Shown: in pieces, positions 19,831 through 30,244 of the stretch
Position numbering within the stretch: the first letter of the stretch is position 1
Layout of the letters: each line of letters opens with the position of its first letter
NCBI GenBank assembly: GCA_965242925.1
Contig: CBDEUM010000022.1
Location: 128,001 to 192,000, forward strand
Source: Roseibacillus sp.
GTDB lineage: Bacteria; Verrucomicrobiota; Verrucomicrobiia; Verrucomicrobiales; Akkermansiaceae
Direction: 5' to 3'
DNA length: 64,000 nt
Program-made: the position numbers and the translations under genes
The notes under the pieces: generated by a model
Database searches by the model: none
What the model was told of the DNA's origin: nothing
What the model saw: only the letters and a program-made list of their open reading frames with translations

Positions 19831-20030
19831 GGAACCCGACCGCTCAATCTGCCCCTGAAAAGGCTTACACAGGGGACGAATTGCCGTTTAACTACCTCCT
19901 ATTCAGTAATTTCCACGATTCCAGGTTCTGGCCGCAGATCTTTGGATCCCCCCCAGTCCATCACCGGTTTCGCCCGACAGGCAGCAGGAGAAAGGCCAGG
20001 CCCCATCCGTCGCCGCAGGTCACTCCACCA

Positions 20031-23000
20031 TCACCCGGCTTCCTCGAGCGCCTTGGCAATGCGTTTCTCACTCACCCGAATTTCGCGTGGCTGACCCGGG
20101 GCAAACTGCGCCAGGCGCAGCTCCTCAAGCATCCATCCGATCTTCCAGAAGCGCACCGCCTCCGGGTGCTCCATCCAGCGCGTGATCCATCGTTGCCAAA
20201 GGGGCATGAGACGTTCCCGCTTCTCCTCGTCACGCACAAGCGGCTGACTCTCCAGGCGGGAAAGACGCTCTTCAATCCCCAGGAAGTAGCGCTGGTAGCG
20301 CTTCATGCGGGAGAATCCGGCCCTCCATGCGAACCCCCCCTGCCACAACCAGGAAATCTCCTCATCGAGATCCTCTACCACTTCTCCTAGGTGTCGATCC
20401 TGACGATTCCGCTCCATCCAGTCCGAGACCCGGCGGTAACTCTCGACCGCTTCCTCCAATCCATCACACACAGCCTGTGCACACTCAAAAAGTCGTCCTT
20501 TTCCATCGGCCGACGCCGCCGCGAATTCCTCACCCGAGCGCACCTGCCCTCCCATGGCTCCTTCCGCCGCACAACGCATCAGATCATCCATCAGGTCTTC
20601 CCCTGCGCTCAGAACTGATGCGTAGAGCCGGGAGGTGGGCCCCATCGGAAACTTCCGTCGCACGAAACCGACCTGCTCGTACTGTTCAAGGAGAAACAAC
20701 CGCACACAGCCTGCCCGATGGCTCTCCTGCGCTTCCTCCTCTTCCAGGAAGGCCCGCATTCCAACGGTCTCCCCCTCATCCACCAGTCCGGGAAAGATCG
20801 GATCCAGTCCCCTGTCTCCAGCCGGGGTGGAGGGGGCAACCTGCACCGGAACTTCACCGAAACTCCACACCTCTCCACCTGTCATTTCCCACTCCAGGTT
20901 GGCGGCCTCTTCCGTTCTCTCCCGCAACACCCCGGCCAGACGGTCCCTGATGGCCTGCACATCCTCCCCCAGCGCCAGTTCCTCGCCCTCGTCCCCATCA
21001 ACACGCAACTTGGGACGCAACTGCGGAGGCAACCGCTCCGGATTGAAATGACTTTCCTCGATGCTGTGCCCGGAGCGCTCGGAGAGAAACTCCGCCAGAG
21101 CAGCCGTCAGCTCGCAGCGGGGTTCCCACCCCTCCCAAAGATCGAGAAAGTCGACCAGCGCCTCCGCGATGGGAAAGCATGCCTGCCGCTGCCACTTGGA
21201 CAGGGAGCGGATGAGCAACTCCACCCGCTCCTCCAGAATTCCGGCTACTCCCCAGCTGATGAGATGGGACGGGAAGAGAGCAAGATCATCGATCCCGATC
21301 TCAATGGTGACCCCGTCATCGAGCGCCTCGGGATCGCTGCGATAGGTCACCCGGTAACTCTTGTCGCCATGCTCCAGGTGATCCGGAAACAATGCCAACT
21401 CCTCTGCAATCTCCTCCCAGACCACATCGGTGAGGCCGATCATCAGTTGCTCTTCGTTGCGATCGGCCAGACGCCAGCGGTGAAAGGCTTTCGTGGTGGA
21501 GATGCCATCCGGAATCCGTTCAAAGAAAAAATCGTAGGCTCCTTCGTCCGACCAGAGCCCTCCCACCCGGCGCAACTTGTGTTCGGCCCGTTCCACTTCA
21601 CTCTTCACGGCCTGCAGCTCATCCTTGTAATCACAACGCGAGCGTATGCCCTCTCCCAGGATGGCCTCCCGAATGAACACCTCGTGCGCAGCCTTGGGGT
21701 CAACCCGTCCAAAATGCACCCGCCGTTCAGGAATGAGAGTCAGTCCCCCGCACTGCACGGTTTCTATTCCATAAACTGCACCCTGCTGTTCGTCCCATGA
21801 GGGTGAGTGAAAGCGGCTCTTGCACAATTGCGGCGCCACCTCCTCCACCCAAAGCGGAGAAATGGCGGCCACCTTGCGGGCCCACAGGCGTGAGGTTTCC
21901 ACCAGATCGAATCCCAGCACCCACTCCGGCCGCTTCTTCCCGAAAAGACCCGAACCCGGGAAAACAGCGAAGTTCCGGTTAGCGGTGCCCCGGTAGCAAC
22001 GCTTCTCCTTCTCCCACACGCCGATCTGCCGGGGCATGCCGGCCAGGATGGCCTTATGAATCTCATTCACATCTCCCCACTCGCCCCGCTCCCCGGGAAG
22101 GGCCCGTGGACGTTTGCCATATTGTTCGCGCATGAGTCGCCCCAGCTCTTTGACCACCTGATCCCATTCCAGAATGCGGCGCACGTTGAGGAACTTCTTC
22201 TCGCAGAAACGCCGGAGCTGGTTGCGCTGCCAGCCTTGGTTGTCCCTGCGAAAATCGCGCAGGGAGTGCCAGATATTGAGAAGGCTCATGAAGTCCGAGT
22301 CCGGATCCTCAAAGGAGGAATGCGCCTCATCCGCCTGGTTCTCCTTTTCCGGAGGCCTCTCACGCACATCCATCACATTGAGACCTGCCACGATGATAAG
22401 GACCTCTCCCAGCACCTTCCGGTGACGCGCTTCCAGCAGCATACGACCCAGGCGCGGATCGAGCGGCAGCCGCGCCAGGCTCTGTCCAATCTCGGTGAGT
22501 TCGCCCTGCCGGGAATCCAGCGCCCCCACTTCCTCAAGGGTGCGGAAGCCCTCCGTCAACGCGCTCGGGGAGGGTGGATCCAGAAAGGGAAACTCCCGCA
22601 CGTCGCCCAGCCGAAAAGCCTTCATCCGCAGCACAACCCCCGCCAGCGAGGAACGTCGAATCTCCGGATCGGTGAACTCGGGGGCCTGCTCCAGATCCAA
22701 CTCGTCGTAGAGCCGAACGCACACGCCCTCCCGCACCCGGCCGCACCGGCCACGCCGTTGCCGGGCACTGGCCTGCGAGATCTGCTCGATCTGCAGACGC
22801 TGCACCTGCCGACCCGGATTGAAGCGGCTGATGCGTGCCAGCCCGCTATCCACCACGTAGACGACCCCTGGAATAGTCAGCGAAGTTTCCGCAACGTTGG
22901 TTGCCAGCACCACCCGCCGCTGTCTGCTCGGTTGGAAAACACGTTGTTGCTGGGCCAGGCTCAATCGTGCAAAGACCGGCAGAACCTCGGTTGCGGACAA

Positions 23001-23750
23001 CCCACGACCCTCCAGCAACTTCGCGCACTCACGAATCTCCCGTTCCCCCGGAAGAAAGACCAGGATATCGCCCCGCCCGTCAATCTCGGTGATCCACTCT
23101 ACCGCCCTTACCACGTGATGGCGCAATTCCTCGTCCTCGCTTCCGGGGAGAAAGTGATCCTCCACCGGATAAGCCCGCCCCTCCACCTGCACCACCGGCG
23201 CATTCCCGTAGAACTCCGAGAACTTCCCTGCATCCAGGGTGGCCGAACTGATCACCAGTCGCAGATCCTTTCGCTTCTCCAGCAGCCGGTGCAGGTAACC
23301 CAGCAGGAAGTCGATATTGAGGGACCGCTCGTGCGCCTCATCGATGATAAGGGTGTCATACTGACGAAGCGCACGATCCCCTTGGGTCTCCGCCAGAAGG
23401 ATGCCATCGGTCATGAACTTGATCGCGGTCGCTTCACTCACCTTCTCGGCGAAGCGCACCTGGTAACCCACCAGGCTGCCCTCCACGACCTGCATTTCTT
23501 CCGCGACCCGTCGCGCCACACTGGTGGCGGCGAGGCGCCGGGGCTGGGTGCAACCAATGCGTCCCGCGCGCAGCCCGGAGTCACCCGCCAGGCGCTCCTG
23601 CGCCAGCTCCAGGGCCATCTTGGGAAGCTGGGTGGTCTTTCCACTCCCCGTCTCACCCACCACCACGACCACCCGGCTCGAGCGCATCGCGTCGAGGATC
23701 TCCTTCCGTCGCCGCGAGACGGGAAGGTCCGGGTAATCCCAATCAGGCAC
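20031..23750 (-). CDS. hrpA: ATP-dependent RNA helicase HrpA
   Basis: GETGSGKTTQLPK, TQPRRLAA, DEAHERSLNIDFLLG, SAT, ATNVAETSLT, QRRGRCGR; long HrpA-type C-terminal extension. Confidence 0.93.
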   Translation of the reverse strand: MPDWDYPDLPVSRRRKEILDAMRSSRVVVVVGETGSGKTTQLPKMALELAQERLAGDSGLRAGRIGCTQPRRLAATSVARRVAEEMQVVEGSLVGYQVRFAEKVSEATAIKFMTDGILLAETQGDRALRQYDTLIIDEAHERSLNIDFLLGYLHRLLEKRKDLRLVISSATLDAGKFSEFYGNAPVVQVEGRAYPVEDHFLPGSEDEELRHHVVRAVEWITEIDGRGDILVFLPGEREIRECAKLLEGRGLSATEVLPVFARLSLAQQQRVFQPSRQRRVVLATNVAETSLTIPGVVYVVDSGLARISRFNPGRQVQRLQIEQISQASARQRRGRCGRVREGVCVRLYDELDLEQAPEFTDPEIRRSSLAGVVLRMKAFRLGDVREFPFLDPPSPSALTEGFRTLEEVGALDSRQGELTEIGQSLARLPLDPRLGRMLLEARHRKVLGEVLIIVAGLNVMDVRERPPEKENQADEAHSSFEDPDSDFMSLLNIWHSLRDFRRDNQGWQRNQLRRFCEKKFLNVRRILEWDQVVKELGRLMREQYGKRPRALPGERGEWGDVNEIHKAILAGMPRQIGVWEKEKRCYRGTANRNFAVFPGSGLFGKKRPEWVLGFDLVETSRLWARKVAAISPLWVEEVAPQLCKSRFHSPSWDEQQGAVYGIETVQCGGLTLIPERRVHFGRVDPKAAHEVFIREAILGEGIRSRCDYKDELQAVKSEVERAEHKLRRVGGLWSDEGAYDFFFERIPDGISTTKAFHRWRLADRNEEQLMIGLTDVVWEEIAEELALFPDHLEHGDKSYRVTYRSDPEALDDGVTIEIGIDDLALFPSHLISWGVAGILEERVELLIRSLSKWQRQACFPIAEALVDFLDLWEGWEPRCELTAALAEFLSERSGHSIEESHFNPERLPPQLRPKLRVDGDEGEELALGEDVQAIRDRLAGVLRERTEEAANLEWEMTGGEVWSFGEVPVQVAPSTPAGDRGLDPIFPGLVDEGETVGMRAFLEEEEAQESHRAGCVRLFLLEQYEQVGFVRRKFPMGPTSRLYASVLSAGEDLMDDLMRCAAEGAMGGQVRSGEEFAAASADGKGRLFECAQAVCDGLEEAVESYRRVSDWMERNRQDRHLGEVVEDLDEEISWLWQGGFAWRAGFSRMKRYQRYFLGIEERLSRLESQPLVRDEEKRERLMPLWQRWITRWMEHPEAVRFWKIGWMLEELRLAQFAPGQPREIRVSEKRIAKALEEAG

Positions 23751-23853
23751 GCGCTTGGTTCGCTTGCCCGCCGCACAGGGTCAAGTCCCGGGTCACGCCA
23801 ATTGTCCCCTCTCCTCCCCTGCTCTCCGCCCCCGCACCCTGACTACGCGGAAA

Positions 23854-25575
23854 CTACCAGGTGAGATCCTCGAAAACCTCTTCCTCCACGTAGGGGGAAA
23901 CCACCGACTTGATAAGGGCCTGACCGCTCTCCCGCTCGTCATGGAAGACATGATTGGCGCCTGCCTCCCGCAGACGATCGGCCTCCGGGGTGAACTTTGC
24001 CCGCGCATAAACGAGCACCTCGGGGTTTTGTTGGCGCGCAAGCCGCATACCGGCAATCGCGGCCTCCGCATCTGGAAAGGTGAAGGCGATACTGCGCGCA
24101 CGCCTGATCCCGGCCATCTCGAGGGCTTCCGGCTGACGGGCATCGGCGAAAAGGACCATCATTCCCTGCCCGGTGAGTTCGTGCACCGTGTCCGCGTTCA
24201 GTTCGAGGACGAGGGTGGGAATACCGCACTTTTCCAGAGCGTGATGAAGGTTTCGTCCCACCGGTCCGAAGCCGCATACGATGACATGATCCCGCAGTGC
24301 CTCCCGCTCTCCTTCCGGCGTAAGTTCCACCGGGCAGTTCTTCTCCTGTCCCAGCCAGCCGTGCCGTTCGAGCACCGGGGCAAAGCGCTCCGCCAGTCGC
24401 ATCAGGGCGGGGACCAGTCCCATCCCGAGCGCGGTTGAGACCAGGAGGACCTGCTCTGCCTCGGGCCACAAATCGAACACGCCGAAGTCTCCAATTCGTT
24501 CGAGAAGGACGAGGGAAAACTCTCCGGTACTGGCCAGGGCCCCGGCAGTGAGGAGGCAGGGCCGCAGGGCCAATCCCAGCCGCCGGGCCGCAAGGAAGGC
24601 CGCGCCAAACTTCACGGCCAGAATGACAAGAGTGGCACTCAGGATGAGCGCCCAGTTGGCCGCCACCTCACCAAGATCAATAAGCAGTCCGACCGAGACA
24701 AAGAAGATGGTGAGGAAGAGATCCCTGAAGGGCAGGATGTCAGCCAGCACCCGGTGGCTGTAAATTGACTCGCTCACCACCAACCCCGCTGCGAAGGCTC
24801 CCAGGGCTGCGCTCAGGTTCAACTGCACCGCGCCGAAGGCGACCGCTGCACAGAGACCCACTACCGTCACCGTAAAGAGCTCGCGACTGCGCGTGCGGGC
24901 CACCGCATGCAGGATCTGGGGAATACCCTGGCGGCTCAGGAACCAGCAGGCCGCCAGGAAAAACACTCCCTTCAGGACCGCGAGGACCAGCCCCACCACC
25001 ATGCCACTTCCTCCCTGCCCCAAAAGCGGGGGCAGCACGATCATGAAGAAGATCACCAGGAGATCCTGAAAAATGGCTATGCCCAGGGCCACGCGCGCAG
25101 CCGGACTGTCCGCCATCCCCAGGTCCTGGAAGGCCTTGATGCTGACGGCGGTGCTGGAGAGCGCCACCACCACCGCGAAGGCAATGGCCACTGGCACCGC
25201 AACTCCAAAGACCAGGCAGACTCCTCCTGCCCCCAGCCCCACCAATCCCACCTGCCAACCTCCCCCCACCAGGGCAACCCGGCGCAGGTGCTTCATCTCC
25301 TTGAAGGAAAACTCCAGACCGAGAGTGAAGAGGAGAAGAATGACCCCCAGCTCCGCCAGACGATCAAGGTCGCTTGAATCCGCTCCGACCCAGTCCAGCA
25401 CCCCGCTGTTGGCGAGAAGAACTCCACACACGAAGTAGCCGACCAGGAGGGATTGCCGGAAGCGCAGGAGCACCAGGGAGACGAGCACCACTCCCACCAG
25501 GACGAAGGTGAGCAACCCGAAGAGCGGGGACACCTCCACCCCACTCGCCAGCGACATCCCCAGGCCATTCAACAC
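23854..25575 (-). CDS. CPA2 cation:proton antiporter with C-terminal TrkA-N (KTN) domain
   Basis: Multiple TM helices, 'AELGVILLLFTLGLEFS', 'LSSTA', 'FQD', 'HVIVCGFGPVG'. Confidence 0.9.
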   Translation of the reverse strand: MLNGLGMSLASGVEVSPLFGLLTFVLVGVVLVSLVLLRFRQSLLVGYFVCGVLLANSGVLDWVGADSSDLDRLAELGVILLLFTLGLEFSFKEMKHLRRVALVGGGWQVGLVGLGAGGVCLVFGVAVPVAIAFAVVVALSSTAVSIKAFQDLGMADSPAARVALGIAIFQDLLVIFFMIVLPPLLGQGGSGMVVGLVLAVLKGVFFLAACWFLSRQGIPQILHAVARTRSRELFTVTVVGLCAAVAFGAVQLNLSAALGAFAAGLVVSESIYSHRVLADILPFRDLFLTIFFVSVGLLIDLGEVAANWALILSATLVILAVKFGAAFLAARRLGLALRPCLLTAGALASTGEFSLVLLERIGDFGVFDLWPEAEQVLLVSTALGMGLVPALMRLAERFAPVLERHGWLGQEKNCPVELTPEGEREALRDHVIVCGFGPVGRNLHHALEKCGIPTLVLELNADTVHELTGQGMMVLFADARQPEALEMAGIRRARSIAFTFPDAEAAIAGMRLARQQNPEVLVYARAKFTPEADRLREAGANHVFHDERESGQALIKSVVSPYVEEEVFEDLTW

Positions 25576-25698
25576 ACCACACTCTGCGCCGGTCCGCTTG
25601 AGCGCTCAATCCCAAAGCCGCAAATGACGTCTTCCCTGCCGACGGCTTTTCCGCGAGCCGTGGACCGGATGGCCAGGCCCAGGCGAGTTCGTCGGGGC

Positions 25699-26577
25699 TC
25701 ACTTCCTCCCGAGGGCGTCCACGATGGTCTTCACATTGTGGCGGAACATCTTCTCGATGGAATCACCACCGTCGGCCATGAGGGACCCGCCGAGCGCAAT
25801 CCCCGCTCCCTCCGCCACTGTCTTCAGCATCTTGGGGTTTGAGCGTTGCTCCGGGAAAACGGCCCGGACCTTCTCCTTCCTGATGGCGGAGGCCACTTCC
25901 ACCACAAACTTCGGGGAATCCACCCGTTCCCGGTTCAAACCCTGAACCGCGAGCATCTTCCATTTGTGCTCGTTGCAGAAATAAGCAAAGGCGGCATGGG
26001 CGGTGGCCAGGGTGCGGTGTTCCGCCGGCACCCTGCTCAGCTCCCCGGTCGCCCAGAGATGCAGCCGGGAAAGTTCCTTCCGCACCACCGTAGCGCGCTT
26101 CCGGTAAAGATCCGCATTCACCGCATCGATACCCGCCAGTTCCTTGCGCACCCTGGTGGCCGCTCGCCGCCAGCAGTCGATGGAATGCCACCAGTGGGGA
26201 TCCACCTCCTCATGCAGGTGCGTGTGGCCGTCGTGATCGCAGAGAACCTCCGCCTTGAGAGTGGGAAGAAACTCACCGACCTCCACCACCCGGTCCGCGC
26301 CCACCGCATCCCTCAGCTTCGGGAGATAGGGTTCCAGTCCCTTGCCGCAGACAAAGTAGAGCTGAGCACCCCTGGCCTCCCGCAACTCCCTGGCCCCGGG
26401 TTCGAACTTGTGCGGGTCACCGCCCGGCCCCATCAAGTCAACCACCTGCACCTGCTCTCCGCCCACCTTCTGGACGAGATCTCCAAGGAGAGGATGCAGG
26501 ACCGCCACCTTGACCTCGGCCCCCACCACGGAGGTGAAGGCAGTGAGAAGAGCGGGAATCAGGCACCGGGGAGCCAT
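25699..26577 (-). CDS. Zn/Mn ABC transporter substrate-binding protein (ZnuA/TroA cluster)
   Basis: 'DPHKFEP', His-rich loop DHDGHTHLHEE, 'DPHWWHS', 'TAHAAFAYF'. Confidence 0.9.
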   Translation of the reverse strand: MAPRCLIPALLTAFTSVVGAEVKVAVLHPLLGDLVQKVGGEQVQVVDLMGPGGDPHKFEPGARELREARGAQLYFVCGKGLEPYLPKLRDAVGADRVVEVGEFLPTLKAEVLCDHDGHTHLHEEVDPHWWHSIDCWRRAATRVRKELAGIDAVNADLYRKRATVVRKELSRLHLWATGELSRVPAEHRTLATAHAAFAYFCNEHKWKMLAVQGLNRERVDSPKFVVEVASAIRKEKVRAVFPEQRSNPKMLKTVAEGAGIALGGSLMADGGDSIEKMFRHNVKTIVDALGRK

Positions 26578-26601
26578 GGCTACCAACTAACGCCAGCAGG
26601 G

Positions 26602-26628
26602 AACTAATGCAAGTAATTTGCATTAGTT
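26602..26628. promoter_or_regulatory. Fur/Zur-like operator palindrome
   Basis: Perfect 11-5-11 inverted repeat AACTAATGCAA-GTAAT-TTGCATTAGTT, 24 nt upstream of the metal-binding protein start. Confidence 0.7.
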
Positions 26629-26725
26629 TCCTGGCCTGCCAGCCGGTCCTGGGAAAAATTTGGACATCCTAGCCTTTCCCCCCGCCCGCATTCACGTAGC
26701 CTTTCCCCAGCCTCCGTCCCCCATC

Positions 26726-27499
26726 GTGATTCATCCCACTGCCGTCGTCTCTCCCAAGGCCGAACTCGGGGCCGGGGTGGAAATTGGCCCCTACTGCGTG
26801 ATCGGTGACGAGGTCCGGATCGGTGCCCGCAGCCGCCTCCACGCCCACCTCGTGATGGAGGGCCCGATCACCATCGGTGAAGACAACGAATTCCACCCCT
26901 TCTCCTCCATCGGGGCCCGGAGCCAGGACCTCAAGTATGCCGGTGAGCCAACCCACGCCCACATCGGCGACCGCAACACCTTCCGCGAGTTCGTCACTGT
27001 GCACCGGGGAACCACCCCGGAGATTCCCACCCGCATCGGCTCCGACAACAATTTCCTCGCCTATGCCCATGTGGCCCACGATTCCGTGGTCGGAAACCAC
27101 TGCATCCTCTCCAACGCCGCAACCCTGGGGGGCCATGTCACCGTGGGAGACCACGTCATCCTGTCGGGCCTGGCCGGTGTCCACCAGTTCTGCCGGGTCG
27201 GGGCCCACTCCATGATCGGTGGTTGTGCCAAGATCGTGCAGGACGTCCCCCCCTACACCATTGCCGACGGGCATCCCGCTCAGCTGCGGGGACTGAACCT
27301 GATCGGTTTCCAGCGCCGCGGCTTCACCGAAGAAGACATCCGCGCCCTCAAGACCGCCTATAAGACGCTTTTCTTAAAAAAAGAGGCTAATCTAGCCTCT
27401 CAGATTGAGGTCTTGAAGTCCTTGGAGGTCGCTGAAAATGAGAAAGTCCTGCAAATGCTGGACTTTTTACAGTCCTCCCAGAGAGGTGTTGTTCGCTAA
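26726..27499 (+). CDS. lpxA: UDP-N-acetylglucosamine O-acyltransferase
   Basis: GTG start 'IHPTAVV', hexapeptide repeats, 'QDLKY', 'HVAHD', 'GVHQFCRVG', 'DVPPY', 'GLNLIG..RRGF'. Confidence 0.95.
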   Translation: MIHPTAVVSPKAELGAGVEIGPYCVIGDEVRIGARSRLHAHLVMEGPITIGEDNEFHPFSSIGARSQDLKYAGEPTHAHIGDRNTFREFVTVHRGTTPEIPTRIGSDNNFLAYAHVAHDSVVGNHCILSNAATLGGHVTVGDHVILSGLAGVHQFCRVGAHSMIGGCAKIVQDVPPYTIADGHPAQLRGLNLIGFQRRGFTEEDIRALKTAYKTLFLKKEANLASQIEVLKSLEVAENEKVLQMLDFLQSSQRGVVR

Positions 27500-27606
27500 G
27501 TCTCTTATTTAGAGAGATCTGCGAACGAAATGGTATTTCTTTTTGTAATATCGTTTCCACTATATTGATATTTTGGTAATATTGATTATCGCTCAACACC
27601 TGCCCA

Positions 27607-28160
27607 TGTTGTCCGCCCTTACCAAGCTGCCCCTCCCGCTACCACCCCTGCTGGGGCTCCTCGTGGCCATGATCGGCTTTTCCGCTTCAGCCCGGGAGCC
27701 CCGGGGAGATGTCACTCCCCTGCCGGAGAATTCTCGCGCCTTCCCCTGTCTGGTGCGGCCGGACATGGACGGGATCGCCATCGAGGAGGCCCTGGACACC
27801 CCGCGGATGCACCAACTACCGGACGGAACGATCATCATCACCCTCAACTGGAACGATACCGAGGGCGAGTCGGTGGAACCGCACTCTGCTGACCTGGTTC
27901 TCACTTCCATGCCTGTTCCAGAACCATCCTATCCCTTTCTTGGCGCCTGCGCCGGTTGCGTCGCCCTGCTTCATCGCCGGCGCCCAACGCCCGGTAACTT
28001 CGGGCCTGCACCCCTCAGTCTTTCCGGGCTCCCCCTCGAGAGAATCTCCTCGCAGTGTTCCGCTCGGGCGCCACGTTCCCGGCAACCGGCCGGTTCCCAT
28101 CGCCTGATCGCAAGACGGTCGACCGGACGAGCGTCCCTCCGTCCCCTCCGGGTCGCCTGA
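27607..28160 (+). CDS. Small PEP-CTERM-like protein with abnormal C-terminal extension
   Basis: Signal peptide; VPEPSYPFLGACAGCVALLHRRR followed by about 60 further residues. Confidence 0.55.
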
Positions 28161-28239
28161 CCCCAGGGGCCCTCCCGCCTGTTTCCGGGAAACTGGGCCC
28201 TCCCCCAGGTCCGGGCATCACCGCGAAGCGTCTCTGTCT

Positions 28240-28968
28240 CTACCAGCCGAAGATCAGGGGCGGCGTGACGATCTTCACCTTGCCGCCCCCGTTGTTCTCG
28301 CTCTCCTCGATGGCAGTCACCACCTCGTTCTCGAACTCGACCACCACCTTGCCGATTTCCTCCCTGGTGGTGTGCGAATACTGGCGGAAGACCCGCCCCG
28401 TCAAGGAATCGCGCACGGTCTGGTAGTGATCCTGCTCCTCATACTGGATGAACTCCCAGACGCCGGTCTTGCCCTTGACGGTTTGCCGCACCTTGGTCTT
28501 GGTCGGCCTGCCCAGGGCGGCACTGATCTCCTCCATGGACATCCCGATCGCGATCTCGTGCTTGGCGATCAGGTCCCGCACCACCTTCTGGCGCTCATAG
28601 ACCTTCTTGAAATTCTCCACGAAGTCCTTGTCCTTGGATCCGAGGGCCTTGGGTGAAACCCATCCCGAGACGCCACCGTGGACGGCCGTTCCGCGGATCT
28701 TGTAGACTTTTTCGGTCATCCCGATGAAAGTCACCTTGGTATCGACCTTGAGCACCCCGAGTTTCCGCCCGCCCTTCTTGGTGGCAAAAACGGGGGCGGG
28801 CTTGACCACCAGGAGCTCGATCTTCTTGTCGGTGAACTCCTCGGTGTAAACAACCCCCGGGTCATCATTGAGGAGGGAGGACTTTTCCCTCAGGTCGGCA
28901 GCGGCCGGCCCACTCGCCAGCAGCGGAAGAAGAAGGACCAGGGCAGCGGGGGCTGAAATCACTTTCAT
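28240..28968 (-). CDS. Secreted hypothetical protein (SH3-like plus BamE/SmpA-like segment)
   Basis: Signal peptide; 'GWVSP' SH3-like motif; 'IGMSMEEISAALGRP' motif. Confidence 0.7.
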   Translation of the reverse strand: MKVISAPAALVLLLPLLASGPAAADLREKSSLLNDDPGVVYTEEFTDKKIELLVVKPAPVFATKKGGRKLGVLKVDTKVTFIGMTEKVYKIRGTAVHGGVSGWVSPKALGSKDKDFVENFKKVYERQKVVRDLIAKHEIAIGMSMEEISAALGRPTKTKVRQTVKGKTGVWEFIQYEEQDHYQTVRDSLTGRVFRQYSHTTREEIGKVVVEFENEVVTAIEESENNGGGKVKIVTPPLIFGW

Positions 28969-29138
28969 GCTGATAACAAGGTAGGCGCAGGGCCTTCAAA
29001 GAAAAGCCCTTTTCGGTGAGACGAGATGAGGGCGCCGGAAATTCGGAGAGTTTCTCCCGAATTCTTTCCCGCTTGCGAATCCCCGCCCAGGGAGGGATTC
29101 ATCGCGGCGCCTGTCATAGTGCGCAGAGAGAAAAACCA

Positions 29139-30085
29139 CTAGCTCCGCCGGCGACGGAGGAGGGTCAATCCTGCCAGCGCAAGGAGGCTCATGCTGGAAG
29201 GCTCGGGCACGATCGCGAAGGAGAACCACGCCACTGCACCAGCACCATCCCCATCGTTAATGGAAGAAGTGGCCGAGCCGCCGGGATAGTTGAGGGTGAT
29301 CCCGCCGGATTGGCCCCCGGAATAGTTAACGCCAAAATTAGTAGCACCGAAGCTGGTGTTGTATTGAACTGGCGGCAACGTAGTAGGTCCCTTCGGGCAA
29401 GATAAAAAAATTCAATGCACTCTGGAAGGCATCACCGGCGTCATCGTTATTATCAAGGAGGTTGCCCGCAGCATCATAGAGCCCCAGTTCCGTGTCCGAA
29501 ATATCCGAACCGAAGGTATCAAGGTCGATGACACTGGTATCGGAGCCGAGAATCCCAAGATCGAGCGCCCCAGTCGGCGTGGAAACATCGAATTCACCGA
29601 CCCCCAAGGTGTATTCAAATATGTTAACAAGCCCATCGTCGTAGTTCTCCACGCTGATAAAATAAGTCCCCGGGATCAAGAGTCCCGAACGATTCCGTTG
29701 AACCAAGCGGGCCGTCTAGATAGGCACTTGCGAGATGGCCCGTGGCCACGCGAGGCTCACCGAAGGCACCACCACCCTCGATGGTTTCAGTATTGGTGAG
29801 CAGGAAGGCATCAGGATCGCCGAACGAGAAGAAGTTGGAAGTCAGTGAAACTTCCGTTTCCTGTTCGAGGGCAAACTGAAAAACAAACTCCCCACTGATG
29901 TAATTGTGGACCATACCTCCGTAGACTTCAGCCTGAGAAGTGGGCCAACTACAACAGCCGATATCACCGTTCAAGTCGTAAGCCCCGGCATCGAGAACTC
30001 CGAGATCCAAGTCCACCACAAGGGCCCCAAAGACTTGAGAACAACCCACGGAGAATAAGGCAAGGGCAGCAAGCTTGTTCTTCAT
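29139..30085 (-). pseudogene. PEP-CTERM surface protein with PPC-like domains, two apparent +1 frameshifts
   Basis: Signal peptide MKNKLAALAL; 'DTELGLYDAAGNLLDNNDD', 'EGTYYVA'; ends VPEPSSMSLLALAGLTLLRRRRS; split over three frames with shifts near 29670 and 29365. Confidence 0.82.
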
Positions 30086-30244
30086 ATCAACAGACAATCT
30101 ATCGGAAGGGATCAGGAGCTCGCGAGGTTTTTCTTTCAGGAAATAATCTTGCCCTGTCGAGTTATTCACAAGGGCAAACTATTCATCATCCGTGCACTTT
30201 TGGTCTGCAATTCATGGGGCAACGGTATAGTTCCGTCTCACGCG

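Noticed and set aside
30149..30177. Single DnaA-box match TTATTCACA inside an imperfect inverted repeat
   Set aside because: One box only, with no dnaA/dnaN context; not enough to call oriC
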